A stretch of 64,000 bases of DNA, taken from assembly GCA_000091205.1 (NCBI GenBank), contig AP006485.2; one strand, 5' to 3'. This document shows, piece after piece, positions 22,340 through 34,420 of the stretch. Made by a program: the position numbers and the translations under genes. The DNA comes from Cyanidioschyzon merolae (taxonomy: Eukaryota). The notes under the pieces are model-generated. The model was given only the letters and a program-made list of their open reading frames with translations, had not been told where the DNA came from and did not search any database. Numbering within the stretch: the first letter of the stretch is position 1; each line of letters opens with the position of its first letter.

Positions 22340-23638
22340 ATGATAGTCAGTGCATTCTCGTATATGAAGAAACGGACAGAAGCCGTTCCAGCGATGCACT
22401 GCGCGTGTTCGATGCGGGCCACATCGCCAGCCAAATCCGCGGTGATAGCGTCTCTCCACAGCGCGTCATGCGGTGCGGATACGGCTGCTCGCTTCGACGA
22501 AGGCAGTTCACTGTGCAAACTCCGGTTGAACGAGTATCCAGAGGTTGTCATGGCAAGTCGTCTGACTGATATTGCCGTATTTGGGGGAGGCGGCTTCATC
22601 GGAAGGCACCTGCTGCGAGCGCTCTTGCGACTCGCACCAGAGACCTCACCAGAAGCGCTTCGGATTCGCGTTATCTGTAGGAATGCTGTCAAGGTGCGCG
22701 TCCAACTGGCAGTTGACTCGGATCAGCGTCTACAGCAGGCGGTAAGATCGTCCCAAATAACGTTTGTTACCGCTGATGTTACACAGGAGGAGCAGGTTCT
22801 GCAGGCACTGCGCCCGCTGCCGCAGAGCGTTGCGAACCTGGTGGGTCTGCTGTACGAGACCCCGCCAGAGCGAACGTTTGAAAAAGTGCACGTCAAAGCC
22901 GCTGAGAATATTTCAAAGGCTTTTAAACTGAACGAGCAGGCTGAACATACGGCAAGCAGTGAACTAGAGCGACCGATCATGACGCAAGTCTCGGCGATAG
23001 GTGCGGATTTCACGGCTGTTCATTCCGCGTACGCACGTTCAAAAGGACTCGCAGAGCAGGCTTTGCTGAGCCATCTTGGAAAACAGGTCTTGATTATCAG
23101 GCCTTCGATTGTGTTCGGTCCAGGTGATCAATTCTTCACGCGCTTTCGGGACATGGCACGCTTTTCTCCCGCATTGCCGCTGATCGGAACCGGAGACACC
23201 CGTTTTCAGCCGGTCTATGTGGAGGACCTGGCGCTGGCTCTAGCTCGCAGTATCCTTCCCGCGGAGCGAAAGAAATATGTGGCCATGGAATCTAGCGCGG
23301 AATCTTCAATGGATTCCGAACACGAACAGATTTTTGAACTCGGTGGACGAGATATTCTGACGTTTCGGGAGCTTATGGCTCGGATGCTCTCTGTGATGCA
23401 AATGCGCCGTTTGCTGGTTCCGATTCCTTTGAGCGTCGCCAACATTCAGGCACAAGCATCGGAGCTGCTGCACCGGATGGTACCCAGTATACCACCCATG
23501 CTGACTCGCGATCAGATCGCGCTATTACAGCGGGACAATGTCGTCCATACGGGTTATCGAACGTTTCGTGACCTCGGCATCGATCAGCCCAGAGGAGTCG
23601 ACGCTGAAACCCTCACATATCTTGCTGAACGCCGGTGA
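22340..23638 (+). CDS. NDUFA9: NADH dehydrogenase (ubiquinone) 1 alpha subcomplex subunit 9-like (complex I 39-kDa, SDR/epimerase fold)
   Basis: Rossmann motif VFGGGGFIGRHLL. Strong co-linear match to NDUFA9: IIRPSIVFGPGDQFFTRFRDMARFSPALPLIGTGDTRFQPVYVEDLALALARSI versus [54 protein letters not shown]. The N-terminal ~70 aa look like a presequence. Confidence 0.75.
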   Translation: MIVSAFSYMKKRTEAVPAMHCACSMRATSPAKSAVIASLHSASCGADTAARFDEGSSLCKLRLNEYPEVVMASRLTDIAVFGGGGFIGRHLLRALLRLAPETSPEALRIRVICRNAVKVRVQLAVDSDQRLQQAVRSSQITFVTADVTQEEQVLQALRPLPQSVANLVGLLYETPPERTFEKVHVKAAENISKAFKLNEQAEHTASSELERPIMTQVSAIGADFTAVHSAYARSKGLAEQALLSHLGKQVLIIRPSIVFGPGDQFFTRFRDMARFSPALPLIGTGDTRFQPVYVEDLALALARSILPAERKKYVAMESSAESSMDSEHEQIFELGGRDILTFRELMARMLSVMQMRRLLVPIPLSVANIQAQASELLHRMVPSIPPMLTRDQIALLQRDNVVHTGYRTFRDLGIDQPRGVDAETLTYLAERR

Positions 23639-24230
23639 GAGCAGTCGCCGAAAGTGCACTATTCGTGTTCGCTTTCACTGAAAGCATGCTATCAATCCAG
23701 CGTAGTGCCTTTGTGAACGAGCCGAAGCCGAGAGACGCGTCGATCGGTTTCTCGCCTCCAGAATCCCTCGCTAGGTACTTGAATTGCAGTAGAATATGCC
23801 CATAGAAGCATACTCTTGTATTTACGAATCCCGAACGATGTGCTGGCCTGCGCAGATCTGAAACGAGTGCTCATGCCTCACCCAGAAGAGGTCGTACCTG
23901 CGGAGCGGCAGTGACGGCCAACGAGATTCCTTCACCCACAAGTCGCTTTCGTAGGCGAGCATGACGCTCTCCGTACACGCGGAGCACCGTATCTCTGGAG
24001 AACCTAGGGCGACCAATGAAATTCTTTTACGCGCCGCTTTCTTCGGAGATTATGAACCTTGGAATCCCACGGCTCCCGTGGACTGGACGCTGTTCGCGCC
24101 ATATCCGCATCCGCTCAACTCTTGGACCCATACGGATCAGAAGACGTGGACGCTGGGACGTGACCTGCGCATCCGCTCCGCCCCTTTCCACGGTTTATTG
24201 ACGCTTGTAGCGTATGCATTGAGCGCTCGC

Positions 24231-25055
24231 TCAGATGCTGGGATGCAGGATGTTATCCGCGGCATCTTCCAATAACGCGTGAATGTTCTGTCTCTGAAAT
24301 TCAACGACATAGTTCTGATGATCAAAGGTTTCCCCTGTGATCCGCAGCGTCCATGTGGTCGCTGCGCCCTCCTTGGAGACTGCGTTGGCCTCTTCAACGA
24401 GCATGCGCAGCTCATCTTCCTCGAATAGATGATAGAACCGGAAGTATGTTTGAGATGGACTGTCCGATTTTTTCTGTGGTAAAGCGTCGGCGCCTGTTGA
24501 CCGCTTGTGATGCCACGGTAGCAGGTACCCGTCCATGGTTGATTGTGCACGTGATCGTAGCTTCAGCGGTATCGCTCTCAAAGCCCAGACGTACACCAGG
24601 GCATGCCCAGTAGGGCGAAGTACTCGCCCCAGCTCCACCACAGCACCAACGCGGCGTCGTGCCGTTGCCACATGGTGGATCACCGCAATGCTCAGGGCAA
24701 CATCGAACACCCCAGAGCGGAACGGCAAAAATAGGCAATCCGCTTGTACGCATTCAACGGGTAGCAGCGCCGTCTCTTGAGCCTCCAAAGCATCAGACTG
24801 CCAACGAGCGCGGAGCAGGAGTCTACGGCAACGATCCGCAGCGATGTAGTAACCGTGTTGGCGCAGAACAGGCAGCGCATACTTGCCATTGCCGGCACCA
24901 CTGTCCAGGACGAGCGCCTCATGTGCGAGTTGTTCCAGAAACGCTTGAACTCTTGGCCATGTGCGATATCGAGTGGCACTGAAATGGTCTCCGATAGCCT
25001 CGTAAACGGCATGCACGTATCGGTTTTCGTGCTCAAACGCGTCCATGCGGAACAA
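24231..25055 (-). CDS. TRM9: tRNA (mcm5U34) methyltransferase Trm9 / ALKBH8 methyltransferase-domain homolog
   Basis: 274-aa ORF. YVHAVYEAIGDHFSATRYRTWPRVQAFL...LDSGAGNGKY...FDVALSIAVIHHVAT...RFYHLFEEDEL is co-linear with yeast Trm9 (VHKVYNEIAPHFSQTRYKPWPIV...GCGNGKY...ISIAVVHH...RYYHLYREGEL). Confidence 0.85.
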   Translation of the reverse strand: MFRMDAFEHENRYVHAVYEAIGDHFSATRYRTWPRVQAFLEQLAHEALVLDSGAGNGKYALPVLRQHGYYIAADRCRRLLLRARWQSDALEAQETALLPVECVQADCLFLPFRSGVFDVALSIAVIHHVATARRRVGAVVELGRVLRPTGHALVYVWALRAIPLKLRSRAQSTMDGYLLPWHHKRSTGADALPQKKSDSPSQTYFRFYHLFEEDELRMLVEEANAVSKEGAATTWTLRITGETFDHQNYVVEFQRQNIHALLEDAADNILHPSI

Positions 25056-26431
25056 TACGATACCAGTCCGCGCTGCCAGCGTAGGAAGCGGGTACCTTCA
25101 AGCGAGCCAAAGTGCCCGCAGTGTGGGTCTAGTGCGCCAAACCTGGGGTTTTGCCACCACTCAACCGGGTTCAGAGCAAGCGGTTCGCTTGATGCGTGTA
25201 CCCTGCGAAACAGCCGTCAGTCTCTCGTTTGTGGCTCAGTGTGGGGACGCAGCTTCGGCTTTGCAAACGTGTACCAGAATCCGGATAGCGCTGAAAAACT
25301 GAGCGAGTGGGTAGCACTTCGCTTCTTCTGAACAGCAGCTCGTCAGCGCCCAGGAGAGGGGGCGCACCGCCCGCCGTGGACCGCACCAACGTCCCAGCGG
25401 GCGTACGGCGAGAGCGTTGTTCTCTCGCCGTTCCTAACTCGACGCAAGCTCGCTTCGGGGCTAGTGTGGAACCTGAACTCCAGCCCCTCCCCCGCTCCAG
25501 GACAAACTCGCGCCCCGCACGCAAACGACGTTCAAAGACGTTGCCTCGTTCCCCACAGCGGCTCGGAGCTAGAACCCGAAGCACATCGATGAGTTTCGGC
25601 AAATTGCTACGCAGATACTCTTTAGTCTTCAGGGACTGACTTGGACTCGCGAGACACGTAACAGCTTTGCTATCGACATAAATGTTCTACTTGACAAGTG
25701 TCAAGCGCAACAATCGAATATGATTCTTCTGTGGTAGATGGTGCATTGATCGGCACTGAGGATAACCATCTTCATGCTTGTACTAGCTGGACGCTTTACA
25801 ACCTCTGGGTACATGCTACTGCTGCTCGTGGATGCTCATCGCGAAGCAGCTTCAGTGATGCGGTGCCTTGATTGCTTCGCACCAAGACCCCGTCACGAAC
25901 ACACTCCGGTACCACCGTCGAGGTCACCCAGCGAAACTCGCACGTTTGTACGCTCACAGATAACCAAAGTGCATGATGGATACGAAGCCTGTGACTGTCG
26001 CTGTTACGGCGAAGAGACAGTTCAAGCGCTCGCTGTGCGCTTGTGCAGAATACGCGTGAACCATGTTTCTAGCGAACCCGCAACTTGCGTGTCTTGTGTA
26101 GTTTCGTGATAGCTGTACGCACTGCGCACCATGGTACGTCCGGAGAACAAGTCTCCAGCACCGAAGCAGTACACTAGTCCATCGCCGAGCGCTCTCCGTT
26201 CGGGTGCGGATCACATCAACCGCAACGCTTCATAAAATCGTCTATGTACCTGGTGCAAGTAGGTGCAGTTGAAGAATCAATAGAAGCCAACACGACGATA
26301 TTCATAGGTTACTCTGTCACTGCACGCGACTTGAGGCCGGTGAGAGCGCACCAAGGCAACGGTTCCGCTGGGGCCGCTTTCGTTCCAGCAGGCAAGCATC
26401 TGATCAGCGGTTCGTCGACTTGTTCGCTACG

Positions 26432-26779
26432 TCATCTTGCCTTACGCTGCGCGCCTTCTTGGGTATAGAGACGCCTGCTGCACCCCCGTGCCAGGGCCAT
26501 ATGGAACGCTCGTAATTGCGTTACGCGGGCGTACACCATCAAGTTTCGGTTTCTGGCTACGCTCATCAACACCAGCATTTGCGGGTTCTTTTTCTCATTC
26601 TGCTTCCCTCTCCTTCCTCTAGTCGCCGGCTTGGAATACGCCGACGTCTTCGGTTCCTGTAAAATCGTCGCCAGCAGTCGACAGATGTTGATGGCAGTGT
26701 TCGTGTCTCGATGTCGCAGCCTTCTGCTGCTGTTCACGCATTTCATGCACAGGCTGGAGTTGCGATAGAGGCATTGCAT
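26432..26779 (-). mobile_element. decayed TnpB/Fanzor-like gene fragment, copy E (Zn-finger half + RuvC-III)
   Basis: Minus-strand ORF MQCLYRNSSLCMKCVNSSRRLRHRDTNTAINICRLLATI... A CxxC (CMKC) lies 10 aa before RDTNTAINI, which is encoded at 26684-26710 (rc cgagacacgaacactgccatcaacatc). This is the canonical C-terminal architecture of TnpB/Cas12/Fanzor RuvC-III. Confidence 0.55.
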
Positions 26780-27973
26780 GGCATTTTCATTTTAGTTGTG
26801 CTCAGACTTGGAGCGCTCTTGGCATCAGTGGCACTTGACGTGGCTAAAGTGTTTCCCCATGCCCAGCCAAAATTCTTCATCCGTGGACTTCGCTCGGGCC
26901 TGCTTGATCGCTGCATACATACCCGTTCAGGGGTACAGTGGGGCCCCGCCTCAATACCCCGTTCCGTTTTCGAGTCCGCTGCAGTACCGCACCGTTTCGT
27001 AAGATCACTGGCTTCCTCTGACAAATACCCGCGTTGAATACGCTGTACGCTGCAAACGCAAACGCACGCTGTTCCATTCGATAGCGCATTTGTGGAATGC
27101 GGTGTTCTTCACGCGGAAGCAATGCCCCGAAGCAGAATCTAGGCTGGAGATCAGGTCTTGGAATTTCGATTCGTCAACGCTCCCGTCGTGCAAAGGAGTG
27201 ATGCACGCTCGATTGGAAGCGATTGCTGGGATGAATCTAGTCCGATTCCGTTACTCCTTTCGATGTGAACAGAAGATACGGGGGCCCCTGTGAGCGTGCT
27301 CCATGAGCGCTGTTATGCTGGTAGCGCATGCCGTTTCGTCAACGGCCACAACCACAGGAGGATTTTTCATTCGAACGGATTCGATTATTTGGAGTGAGGA
27401 TTTCAGTCAGCTTTTGGGGCTCGGCCTGTGAACATTTCGTCAACGGACCAAGTCGTGTATTTTTCCTCGACAAGACAACAGCTCGAATGGCTGTTCGCAT
27501 GAGTTGCCTCGAAGTAGAACGATCGAAAACTTGGAGGTTGCTTGATTTGAGCATACTGCACGAAAGAAAACGAGAACACAAAACACTTGTACACAGGCAT
27601 TGGATAATGTCATCGGTTATTTTAGAAACCCTTGTTCGCCGGCGTCGCGATTCATCTTGATTCCGGTGGCGTACCGAATGCCATCGGCACACCGTGGAAG
27701 GCACCAATCAGGAAAAACGACCGAGAATCCTAGAACTACACATGAATCCGTGATCCCTACTTGCTGCGCTTCGAATGTTGAGTCTGCTTATCTAACAAGT
27801 TCAGAAAAATAATCCAAAGGCGGTAACGGAGCGAGCACTTCAGGGTCCCATTTTCATCTGACACAGGCGTAGAGCGTCCCCGGCAATCAACATTCCCATC
27901 AGAGCGCTTACGCGAAGCCCTCTCGTCGTTTCACATTCAGCTGTATCAGACAAAAGCGCTCGTGCGACGACCG

Positions 27974-28828
27974 CTAGACTCGTGGCCAGCCACCGGGTGA
28001 AATCCGTCGCTCGAGTAATGGCTTGGTTGGTTTCTGGTGTTGCCCCAGAAGCTTTGATACGCCAGGAAAGCTCCAACCTGTCGGCGCAGCAGCACTCGGA
28101 TCCAGCATCCTCTTGACACGACTCACTTTCCACCAGCTGATCGCCATAAAAGCGAGCGTTTTCAACAGAGCTGTCCACGCGAGCGCCGTGGATGATCCAT
28201 AAAGTGCCTCGAGCATGAGCCCAAGGCGATGGTTGAAGTAGTAGGCTGCGCCACCTACTTGCGCAACCCTATCTTGAAGATGATCGACCGCCGCTTCCAG
28301 GTCCTGTATGTGGCCGACTTTGATGGGCTCCTTCTTGTCAGCGTGCACGCCCGATACGACCTCGTCAACGACACCACCCTGCCACTCGAAGAGGATCTTC
28401 CGTGGTGGCCCATACGCACCAGCAAAGCAGATTCGATATAGGGGAAACCCGTCTTCCGTCACCTCAAAAGAGAAAGACTCTCCGGCGTGTGCGGGTAACG
28501 CGAGCACCGGCACGGAGCGCGACTCGTCGTCGATAGCGTCACGCGGCAGCTTCGAGACAATCATTTCTACCGCTGCACCTTTTGGTGGCTCTACCACCAA
28601 GTAGTGACCGCTTATGAGATCCCCTTTTGCTCCAGTCGTAAAGAAGCAGTTCGGATTACGGTTGTGGTCACGGGCGTCTCTAAGACCTACCCGCGGAACC
28701 GGCACGTAGTCGAACGTTAGCGCTTCTGCAGGAACGGCTGCGAGTTGTATCCCGAGTACCATAGCAACGATAACGAACACGAGGCAGACACAGGTAAGGG
28801 TCCAAACATATCGAGTACAGCGAGACAT
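27974..28828 (-). CDS. p24/emp24 (TMED) GOLD-domain cargo receptor; start at the internal Met (MSRCTRYVWTLTCVCLVFVIVAMVLG = signal peptide)
   Basis: Signal peptide, a GOLD-like beta region (..YRICFAGAYG..), a coiled segment and a C-terminal TM (ALAWTALLKTLAFMAISWWKV) in the p24 order. The ORF continues 5' to 29032 without a signal sequence, so the 28828 start is preferred. The tail after the TM is longer than in classical p24. Confidence 0.6.
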   Translation of the reverse strand: MSRCTRYVWTLTCVCLVFVIVAMVLGIQLAAVPAEALTFDYVPVPRVGLRDARDHNRNPNCFFTTGAKGDLISGHYLVVEPPKGAAVEMIVSKLPRDAIDDESRSVPVLALPAHAGESFSFEVTEDGFPLYRICFAGAYGPPRKILFEWQGGVVDEVVSGVHADKKEPIKVGHIQDLEAAVDHLQDRVAQVGGAAYYFNHRLGLMLEALYGSSTALAWTALLKTLAFMAISWWKVSRVKRMLDPSAAAPTGWSFPGVSKLLGQHQKPTKPLLERRISPGGWPRV

Positions 28829-29691
28829 TATGAATATACACTGCACAAGTTTCCGAGGAACAACACTAGGGCCCCGAACGACGTTGAGGAGGCGGCTCGC
28901 GTTGAAGCCAAAAATGGTTTTTGTACCGTGCCCCGCAAGTGCAGGGCACGTCCATCGCCAGTCCTCGCGGCTGGCGGCGAGCGCGTCGCAGTTGTCTGCA
29001 ACAGTCGCGCTGCGATCGGGCAAGCGCTGCATCGCGTCAGCACATCGGGAGAGACGTGTGCGGACGCCTTTGGAAAAGAAAAATTGTAATTAATGGTATA
29101 ACACTGCATGTTTATGTACTTTTTGGATAGGAACTAGATATACGGGGAGCGAGAGAGGTACCAAATTGGATATTTATAGACTTTTTGGACACAAACTCGA
29201 CAGTCGTAATGACGAGATCATTCCAGACGGCGTATTGAGTTTCTTTGATCTAAAGCGGATGCATGCAGGCCTGGTGCCCCCGCCCCTAACCCCGCCCCCC
29301 GGTTATCCCCAGGGCGCTCCACTGTCTTTATTCCGGGTTCGTTCGATGGTGTATGCAGGGCCCTGGTACGGCGTTCTTTGGGACTTGAGCGAAACGAGCT
29401 GTTGTGAACATATGCGCACCGAATAAGCGTGACCGTGCCGGACATCAGAGCGAGCATTCGCGTGGAGGCGCATGAATGCGGACTCCGTTCCGCGACCGGC
29501 ACTCGCTGAGGAACGAAAGCTATAGCGCTAGATGCGATCGCGAGCGCGTCCACACGCGGTACCCCAGAGTGGTCAAAAAACCTCGCGCAGCTCGCAGAAA
29601 GCGCCACCAGCCAGGGAATGCACCTCGCTGGCGCACCCGCGCCCAGGAAACATTCCGACACGTGTGCTAGGGTATGCGCTACAAACGCTAT

Positions 29692-30633
29692 TCAGCGGCT
29701 GCCGCGACGACGCTGTCGGTTACGGCGCTCGTTTCGTGACCCGGTCCGAGCTAGCTTCTCAGGTTGGCGCCCTGTTGTGAAGAGCTGTAGATCCCCGGTT
29801 ACCGCGTCGATGCGACCCGTTGCGGCTGGCCCGATCGCGATACAGGTGCATGTACGTGGTGGTACTTCAGTGTGACCTGCGTCCACCACTTGAAAGAGCG
29901 GGAGACCCAAAGCGCGCGCCTCACGCGCGAGCGCCTCTAGCATCCGAGCGCCGCTGCCGCTCTCGGCAACAGATGGTGCAGCAGTTGATGCGCGGTCCGA
30001 AGCAGGGCGCTTGAACGTCGACAACACAACAATTTTCTCACCTTCACGCTTCCAACGATTGCATACGAGAGCTTGCTCAGTATCGCCCGTCGATTCGACG
30101 CAGTGCCGGCGATAGGCACCAACAGCGGCGTGTGCAGCCTGCGCAGCCAACTTGCCTGCACTCATGGGTATGTCGTTTCGACATACGATCACAAGCTTTG
30201 GGGCATCTAAATCTTCGGGACGCAAGACGACACCGGCGCTGTGGGCAACCACATGATGATTACGCGGATTTTCATTGGAGGCACTGATCTGCAGGCTCGG
30301 GTCTGCTGTATGCAACAGAGGCCTAGCAGAACAGACCGCGGAAAATTGCAGGTGCATAGGTGCTGCGGACCGCAGCTCCGCGGGCGGTTCCTGTGGAGTC
30401 CACACGAGCTCCGATACACCTTCATCTTGCAAACGAGATCGCAAAACACTGCCAACTGCAGCGTCGAGCGCATAGACGTACCCGTGGAGTCCGCTCTTAC
30501 CGAGGCTGCTCGCAAGCGCCACTCGCTGCGGTAGCAGCTGCTGATGCTGATGCTGCCGCCGGCCCGACTGCTGAGTCATGTGTTTCGGTCCCAGCGGGCA
30601 AAGAGCGCAACCGTTCCCCGAAAAAAGAACCAA
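29692..30633 (-). CDS. PTH2: peptidyl-tRNA hydrolase 2 (PTH2) with a ~150-aa N-terminal extension
   Basis: KLVIVCRNDIPMSAGKLAAQAAHAAVGAY ... KIVVLS ... GLPLFQVVDAGHTEVPPRTCTCIAIGPAATGRIDAVTGDLQLF is co-linear with the PTH2 domain (KMVLVVRTDL.MGKGKIAAQCSHAA ... I.DAGRTQIAPGS.TVLAIGPGP...D.VTGHLKLY). Confidence 0.75.
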   Translation of the reverse strand: MVLFSGNGCALCPLGPKHMTQQSGRRQHQHQQLLPQRVALASSLGKSGLHGYVYALDAAVGSVLRSRLQDEGVSELVWTPQEPPAELRSAAPMHLQFSAVCSARPLLHTADPSLQISASNENPRNHHVVAHSAGVVLRPEDLDAPKLVIVCRNDIPMSAGKLAAQAAHAAVGAYRRHCVESTGDTEQALVCNRWKREGEKIVVLSTFKRPASDRASTAAPSVAESGSGARMLEALAREARALGLPLFQVVDAGHTEVPPRTCTCIAIGPAATGRIDAVTGDLQLFTTGRQPEKLARTGSRNERRNRQRRRGSR

Positions 30634-33600
30634 GCTGCTTACAGCGGCACGCCTCGCGGTTTCCTATGCCTCTCGCGGTACTCTCGAGGCAGCGGCTGCA
30701 GCGCAACGAACCCGCACCCTGCAACCTACGTGTACGCTGGTGAGTACGGCACACCGGTGCTTCACCAGAACCTATCGCTTTTGGCGTGCTAGCATGCAGT
30801 CCGACAGCCGACGAGCGTTCTACGCCGAGCGGTGTTTCCCGGAACACTAGTATTAGCACGCTCTTTTCTGTTTCTGTTTGTTGGTGTTCGCAGGTACACC
30901 GCGAACAGATTGTACGCCACGAACCGGCAAAAAGTTCCGTAAAAATTTAACGATATCATTGGAAGTTGGCCGTTGCCGCATTACTTGTACAAGGCAGTTA
31001 TTCTGCGGTCAGTAGATAGGTGGAATACCCAACTTGTCGTGACCCGTGGAGAATTTCGTCCACCAAAGCCAGAACATATCGAGTTCTATTGTCACGAATG
31101 TCGCCTCGTCCATTGATTCCACTCCATACGTTCTTGAAGAACTATCAGCAAAGAGGCCACAGGATGTGAAGCCTCCGTACCAACAGTACGAACTGAATTG
31201 AAGAGACAAGGCTGGGCACAGGAAACCAGATGCTTCAGTGTGAGTCCGTCACGCTCGGAACCGTACACCGTCGAGTGCGTACTTCATTGTGAACCCTAAC
31301 GACAGAAGCGACAGCTGATGATCTCATCGCAAGAACATGCATCCAGTGGAAACGGTAGAACAGTGTATGGGTTGTCGAAGAGGGCCAAACCGCCGTTTTG
31401 CAACAGAGGGACGAGGAAGTGTTCCGAAAACATCAGCGTTTGGAGCGAGTTTTTCGTGTGCTCTCCCATGATTCGCCAGAAGAGGTGAATCGTTCAGCAC
31501 CACAGCCTTTGTCGACAAAGTACGCATCGTGGCTCTATCGTCACCGATTTCTCGGACCTGCTGATTGGCAACATCGCTTTCCATCGCCTAAAACCGATCA
31601 AAGCGTGCCCGACTGAGACTGGTGCTAAGCTGCTCACCGGTCTAGCCTGTTCTGCTTATGTCAACCCAGTCAAATGCGTCTCCTCTATTGTCGAGCGCAT
31701 TTTTCACCCGCACCTAACAGTGAACGAGTCGTTTGCATGCGTGAAACCGGAAGCTACAGGACGACATTAAAAGTCGCGTTGCTTCTTCTTCGAATAAGGC
31801 TCGCTCAGCTTCTTTCGCCTTGACGCATCTTGCCCAGCAATTATTCGTTTAAATTACGGGCGCACGGTTGCAAGCTGGGTACATCCCTCTAAAATTTTCG
31901 ACCAAATCCACGTGAGGCAACTGATGATCTGGAGAGGAAATCCAACACTGCCTGATTGAAGGATCCTGGATTTGCGCAAACGACAACCCGAGTTTCCTGA
32001 TGGATCGCTGCGACCCGTCGGCGATGGTAACATCTACATCCCCAACGCCTACGAGTACCAAACCATCCTCAAAAAGCATCTATGCGTCAAACAAGGGCGC
32101 TGCATGGGCACTGTATCCGTAGTGGCCTCAACGCATCGACCAAGAGGCTTGTGCGTCAATAAAAAGGAATTTCTGGTGAGTCGCTGAAGGCGAGCGGCGG
32201 GCTGGTGATGGAAGCGCTCGACGTGCTAGCGAGTCCCGATGAGATATTGCAACGAGAGCGGCATTCACCTCGTATCGTCTAGGCTCGTGGTGTTGCTGTG
32301 GGCTTGGCATCGACGCGTGTCGTACACATGGGATATTTGAAACGTAGTGCCTGAATTCCTCGCATCTTGCGCCTCTCTGTTTCCCTGAACAGAGGTCTGC
32401 AGAACGATGCATATGATTTCCCCAAACCCGGGCGTCCAAGTCTGCTCAAACGCTGATTCGATGTGCTTCCCACGTATCGTAACAAGTCCTATGGTGTAAA
32501 CGAATACATTGGTGTACTGGAATGTATGGCCTGTTCAGTGAGCGACGGCTGATCGCTGAAGGCAAATCCGAAGTACTCGAACGGCTTCACGAAGCGCATT
32601 GTCCGAGGCCGGTAAAGATTTCTCGTTTACAAGGAGAAAACGGATAGAAATCTGCATAGAGCATGCACGCCTACAGCATATGCATCTATGTGTACTTTGC
32701 GAGACCTAGGCATGAGTTGCGCGGAATGGACTAATTTGCAATCGTTCAAAGCAAATGAGAAGAAGGATTTTGTGGTGAGCATGGCTCTCGTGCCGACAAA
32801 CATCATGGCCGACGTCGTCCAGCTAAATCAAGGCTCGGGTGACCAAGGCCTGAATGGAAAGCACATGAAGCAGTTCAAAGATTCTGAAGCTCGTTATCAT
32901 TCGAAATCGAGCACGGTGGAAGCCACGAGACTTTCCAGCAAGTGGAGCAATGGCACCAGGACCCATCTCGAAGCCCAGAGTATCATATCGCACAGAGACG
33001 GATGCTTCGTACTCGTCATTCAGAGCGTGCACGGGTGCTCAAGTGGCTCATACACACAATGTTTGGCGGGAGTACATGCGCTCGCTCTTCGGTCGCCAAC
33101 TGTTTCGACTATACCAAGACGACAATCGCGCTTTCGCCAGGTTTCTTAACGATTTCTAAAGAAGATACAGCTGAATATTCGGGTCGTTTAATGATGCCCT
33201 AGGGCGTTGAACGGGCTAGGTCGCGCAAACCCTGAACCCCTGCTCCTTCGACGAAATCGAGCACCGAGCGCAGGAAGCGGTTCTGCAGGATTCTCGTCGA
33301 TGAAGTCCGGATGACGTTCACGGAACACGTGCACAAGTACATCTTGAAGCTGGCTCAGAAAGAGATCCTGAAGCAGAGCCCCATGCACGTATTATTGTAC
33401 GGTACGCTCATCAAACGTCTGACGGGGCGTCGATCGAAGGCACGCGTGTTGCCATGGATTCATATTATCAGCAGAAATGCGCAGAAGCACTTTCAGCACA
33501 GAGACGAGAACATCTCGATCAGCACTTGGGAATATCTCGGTCTTGCACAGCGCCAACCAGTTTCGTCGAGCGAATTTCCATGGGAATCGAATAGGACACC

Positions 33601-34420
33601 ATGTGAGGATGAACGCGAACGCTGACGGCTTCCAGTAAAAATATTCACTGGCGAGCATCGAGGGCATGTGATTCCCGCCTGGAGCAACGCCCCGGCGTGC
33701 CATAGCTCGGCATTCTCGCAAGACCAGAGCACCGATTCTACGCATCGGACACCAGCCTCTGGACAATTCCTGAACGAGTTCTGTGCTCCATTGTTCGGTG
33801 TTCTTGTGTATTGCCATGACATCTCCTGTGGAGTCGAATGCAGCAGCGCCACGGATGTGATCACTGTGAAGATCAACCTGCTTTTCCGCGCACAATCCTT
33901 CTCATTATTGCAAGAATAGAATCCTACTGCAACCGGCCTAGAGCAAGGATCACTAGTCCGTCAGCGGTGCCTGTTGCAAGCGTTGCACGAAACCCCGGCA
34001 GCAGCTGCAGCAGCGCCTGGGACACTCGAACTGCACGAACTTTTGCACCACCGCCGCCCCTATCAACGTACCTTACCGACTACTACGGAACTCTCTGTGG
34101 CGCACCTGAGACACGATCCTGGTCGCGTGGACGCCCTTCTAGAAGCATTCGATACCAGGACGACTCGCAAAACTCGGCGTATGGACCACAAAATGCCAGC
34201 GCCTCGAAATTACAGACTAGCGCATTGAGCTGAATCCGGTGCAGCGGCAGCATCAACGTCATATTGGTCCAGGCGTTGCTGCCCGCGCGACCTTGGTGTG
34301 AACGCGCGCTCCCAGTGCCCAAGTTTGCTGTGGACGCTTGACACTGCAGTTGTCTGCTGGGATTCAGTCGTATTGCACAGGTTGAACGGTTGAGAAGCAC
34401 ACACACTCGTCGAAACTGTT

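Noticed and set aside
29270-29300. ccccgcccctaaccccgcccccc, a C-rich run with a single CCCTAA
   Set aside because: One telomere-like hexamer is not an interstitial telomeric repeat. It is more simply a GC-box-like low-complexity patch 3' of PTH2.
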